Source: Oscillospiraceae bacterium
GTDB taxonomy: Bacteria; Bacillota; Clostridia; Oscillospirales; UBA929
Assembly: GCA_009782475.1 (NCBI GenBank)
Contig: WRIZ01000001.1
Location: 42,020-106,019 of the forward strand
DNA length: 64,000 bases
Reading direction: 5' to 3'
Positions 63,298-64,000 of the stretch are shown one piece after another; the first letter of the stretch is position 1; every line of letters starts with the position of its first letter. A program made the position numbers and the translations under genes. The notes under the pieces are model-generated. The model searched no databases, was not told where the DNA came from, and saw only the letters and a program-made list of their open reading frames with translations.

Positions 63298-63847
63298 CTT
63301 GTAAATATTCACCCCATACTATTTTGATCCTGTTTTCCACTGTCTCTGATTTGGGATAAAGATACTTATGATGTCCTGTAGATGTAATTTTCTCCGGTAC
63401 TACACTGTCACATTTAATCATTTCCTCACATATAACTTCTCCTGTATACGGGTCATATATTTTTAACTCATAATCAACATAATACGCATAAACATCCCCT
63501 TTAGTGCCATACTTCCCGGCTATCATTTTATCATCAAGCAGGGGGATACATGTAATGATACCACCCACATCATTCGGAACATTTGATTTATATTCTAAAG
63601 GAATATATAAATCGTCCCATTTTCTCCCCGCGTTTTTACCCTCTATATCATACCTTTTTAGATTTCTTTGCTCACTATAAATCATATCCGATGTTTCAAA
63701 GACCGTCATTGTTTCGCTATTAAAAGCCTTACGGTATGCCCGTTGTTCTTTTGTTGAGGGCAAATTCCATACGATCACAAAGAAGATTGTTAACCCTGCA
63801 ATACTTACAGTGAGTAACACGAGAAAATTTTTAACACCTTTTTTCAT
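63287..63847 (-). CDS. N-terminally anchored hypothetical protein (186 aa), AT-rich
   Basis: Single TM (FLVLLTVSIAGLTIFFVIVW) and no recognisable motif. Convergent 11-nt overlap with the kinase gene. Confidence 0.5.
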   Translation of the reverse strand: MKKGVKNFLVLLTVSIAGLTIFFVIVWNLPSTKEQRAYRKAFNSETMTVFETSDMIYSEQRNLKRYDIEGKNAGRKWDDLYIPLEYKSNVPNDVGGIITCIPLLDDKMIAGKYGTKGDVYAYYVDYELKIYDPYTGEVICEEMIKCDSVVPEKITSTGHHKYLYPKSETVENRIKIVWGEYLQVRN

Positions 63848-63904
63848 AGCTTCCCCTTTCTATATCTGAGAACATATTCAATATGTATACGGAGGATCAA
63901 TAAA

Positions 63905-64000
63905 ATGAACAAAGCCTTAGTCGTCATAGACATTCAAAACGACATCACAAAGAACTACAAGGAAATCATCCATAACATAAACGCGTCGATTGATTGGGCG
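63905..64000 (+). CDS. Isochorismatase/cysteine-hydrolase family protein, N-terminal fragment (runs off window)
   Basis: MNKALVVIDIQNDI is the typical family N-terminus. Only 32 codons are visible. Confidence 0.5.
   Translation, partial: MNKALVVIDIQNDITKNYKEIIHNINASIDWA

Overview
This is a 64-kb chromosomal window from a high-GC (roughly 55-60% by eye) spore-forming Firmicute of the Clostridia type, judged from a SigK-like sporulation sigma factor, a SpoIID-domain protein, DegV and mini-RNase III. I recognised no rRNA, tRNA, CRISPR array, integrase or transposase. The backbone is housekeeping. It includes a dispersed purine pathway (purD, purC, purH, purL, purE-F-M-N), pyrE, prfA, citrate synthase, a P-type cation ATPase, cell-wall enzymes, glycosyltransferases, CheV, and an HD-GYP response regulator with a hybrid histidine kinase. 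Accessory material sits between these genes. (1) A lower-GC island at about 44.7-51.5 kb lies between a GT2 glycosyltransferase and the 3' end of sigK. It carries a single-chain Type IIG-like restriction-modification enzyme and a MacB-type ABC pair. It also carries a translationally coupled small ABC/AAA_21-type ATPase plus a Cys-rich PD-(D/E)xK-like protein with its own consensus promoter, which is my top candidate for an undescribed defence module. An unknown 163-aa gene divergent from an XRE regulator completes the island. (2) A candidate type I toxin-antitoxin locus at 3.79-4.07 kb encodes a 24-aa hydrophobic peptide. Its Shine-Dalgarno (SD) sequence is sequestered in a hairpin, and a convergent small RNA has a perfect promoter and a shared bidirectional terminator. 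(3) A single 932-aa ORF joins an ABC-F ATPase in frame to a complete RF1 through a hairpin-rich GC repeat. (4) A two-gene cassette (membrane-anchored protein plus snapalysin-like metzincin) is tandemly duplicated, and one copy contains a perfect 123-bp in-frame duplication. (5) There are three type II TA pairs: a PIN-first pair, VapBC, and Phd/ParE. All calls rest on reading the ORF translations and the DNA by eye. No database search was run.
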